Virus record (IMG/VR): IMGVR_UViG_3300028028_000001 | Span: 1-64,000 of that record | Origin: a virus | Length of the DNA: 64,000 nucleotides | Reading direction: 5' to 3' (one strand) | In this document: in pieces, positions 62,672 through 64,000 of the stretch | Position numbering within the stretch: the stretch's first letter is position 1 | Layout of the letters: each line of letters begins with the position of its first letter | Position numbers and translations under genes: made by a program | The notes under the pieces: model-generated | What the model was told of the DNA's origin: nothing | The model's input: only the letters and a program-made list of their open reading frames with translations | The model's database searches: none

Positions 62672-64000
62672 ATGATCGGCGTTAACGGCGGGCATCAACT
62701 GAACATCCTGATCTTCGAGGTCGGCATGATTCAGACGATTCAGGCGCTCGGGATTGACCTCAAGGTGGTCTCGACCGTTTCTGTTCATCCGCTCCTTGTG
62801 GCTCCAACCTCGATCCGCTACACGGATGCAACCCGATCCTCGTTCAACCAGACTGCCGGTGGGACCGTGCTCACGCCCGGCGGGCGGGCTCTCCGAAACG
62901 TCACGCTTGAGGGCACGTTCGGGTCAGAATCGCGGGGGCTTGGCCCCTACATCGGCAACGGAGCGATCCGCTTTACCCGGTTTTACAAGGAAGTCGTCCG
63001 TATGGGTGAGGCGCTAACCCAAGACGAAGTGGACGATAACGTGGATTGGCTCAATGGAACGCCGTTTATCAAGCTGTTCCTGACGACCTACGATGATGCG
63101 AATACAAACTTCTTCATCAACTTCTATGACTTCTGGCACGATCGCGCTTTCCAGTGTTTGGTCCAGCGCTTTGACCACGATCGCGCGTTCATGAAGGGCG
63201 GCGCGGTCGGTCTGACGCACTACACGATGTCGCTTCAAGAAATCGGGCCTATTGTGGAAGGTGGGCTTGGGGAGTCCATCATTTCGCTTCTGATGGACGG
63301 GTTGACGCTCTGGAACGATATCAACAACGTGATCGATAGTTACGACCTCGCTACGATCATCGAGGCCTTCACCGGACCCGTTGCCATCGCTCTTTCGATG
63401 GCCGAGGGCACCCTGGAGGCCATCCGGAGCAACCTGGACGCGGCGACGGCTCTCTTCGGATCCTCCCTGCCGCCCGAGTCGGCACTTCCGTCGGCGCTTT
63501 CCTCGTTCGGTGCGGAGTGTGAATCGTTGGCATCCTCCATGGAGGCAATCTCTGGAACAGTGGAGGCCTCGGCGCCTGCTCCTGCAGCGCCTGCTACCAC
63601 GATGTCCTGGGATGACCCGCGAGCGCTCGACCTGGACGCCTGGGATACCGTGGCGTCCATGCGCGACCTGGCCGACGCTGCACGTTTCCAACTCTGCGCT
63701 GGCCTGTTCTTCGGGATGTCGCTCACCGACTATCAGAACTTCCTGGCTTCGTCCGGAGACGCATCCTGGCGGGGTCCGGAGTTTGGGGGCTCCATCGACT
63801 ACATTGTGGGCGAGTACGACACCGCAGGAGCCATCGAGGCGCGCTTCGGGGTAGACTGGCAACGCGTGCTTGCCTTCAATGGCCTGACGCCTCTGGAGGC
63901 CCTTACCGAGGGCACCAGGATCCGGATCCCGGTGCGCCGCTACTACGGAACCCAGGGACGGAATGCGATCCCCGTGCTCGACTCGCACGCTGGGGAAGCC
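62672..64000 (+). CDS. tail/baseplate protein with LysM domain (3' end outside window)
   Basis: My translation runs from the ATG at 62672 (MIGVNGGHQLNILIFEV...) and is open to the window end, 443 codons. 'YIVGEYDTAGAIEARFGVDWQRVLAFNGLTPLEALTEGTRIRIP' is a LysM pattern. Confidence 0.6.
   Translation, partial: MIGVNGGHQLNILIFEVGMIQTIQALGIDLKVVSTVSVHPLLVAPTSIRYTDATRSSFNQTAGGTVLTPGGRALRNVTLEGTFGSESRGLGPYIGNGAIRFTRFYKEVVRMGEALTQDEVDDNVDWLNGTPFIKLFLTTYDDANTNFFINFYDFWHDRAFQCLVQRFDHDRAFMKGGAVGLTHYTMSLQEIGPIVEGGLGESIISLLMDGLTLWNDINNVIDSYDLATIIEAFTGPVAIALSMAEGTLEAIRSNLDAATALFGSSLPPESALPSALSSFGAECESLASSMEAISGTVEASAPAPAAPATTMSWDDPRALDLDAWDTVASMRDLADAARFQLCAGLFFGMSLTDYQNFLASSGDASWRGPEFGGSIDYIVGEYDTAGAIEARFGVDWQRVLAFNGLTPLEALTEGTRIRIPVRRYYGTQGRNAIPVLDSHAGEA

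Noticed and set aside
1-64000. Integrase/attachment site, lysis cassette and CI-type repressor as prophage hallmarks.
   Set aside because: None was recognisable in this window. From this sequence alone I cannot tell whether the element is integrated or a free phage genome.

Overview
This window reads as a high-GC tailed-phage or prophage segment with a contractile (myovirus-like) tail. All family names are motif matches made by eye against remembered family signatures; no search was run.

Layout:
- 1-16,875: one tightly packed minus-strand early operon with many ATGA/GTGA start-stop overlaps. It encodes a DnaG-type primase, a VirE/D5-like NTPase, a Cas4/RecB-like nuclease, a Pol-beta-type nucleotidyltransferase, a HAD phosphatase, an ASCH-like protein and a ClpX zinc-finger-domain protein. 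At its distal end sits a lower-GC Topo VI-A/Spo11-like Toprim gene coupled to an SMC/RecF-type ATPase, which is cut by the window edge.
- 16.9-18.2 kb: a control region with an AT-rich stretch, short direct repeats and a roughly 270-nt hairpin-rich segment that ends in a perfect tRNA T-arm plus acceptor-like strand.
- 18,235 to the end: plus-strand genes. In order: a 97-aa ORF coupled to a (GGC-DAC)x47 Gly-[Tyr/Asn/Asp] repeat gene, an RdgC-like protein, a sigma-like protein, large terminase, portal and a MuF-like head protein. These are followed by an 819-aa fibre-like protein, a roughly 16-kb island (below), then prohead protease, scaffold and major capsid. The tail genes come last: sheath, tube, a tail chaperone with a GGGAAAA -1 frameshift, tape measure and baseplate genes. 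The last gene has a LysM domain and runs off the window.

Most interesting region: the 31.9-48.3 kb island, bracketed by two terminator hairpins and splitting the head module. It encodes large multidomain proteins of the polyvalent/DarB type:
- a ChaB-like N-terminus, a kinase-like domain, an orphan SNF2 C-terminal half and tandem 'RWD...WxVP' domains;
- a DUF1643-like protein, a reverse-strand DPPY methyltransferase and a lipoprotein;
- a 1900-aa protein ending in an SNF2 helicase.
These proteins carry repeated Q[LM]x[LM]F motifs that match the bacterial beta-clamp-binding consensus.

No integrase, lysis cassette, canonical tRNA or CRISPR array was seen in the window.
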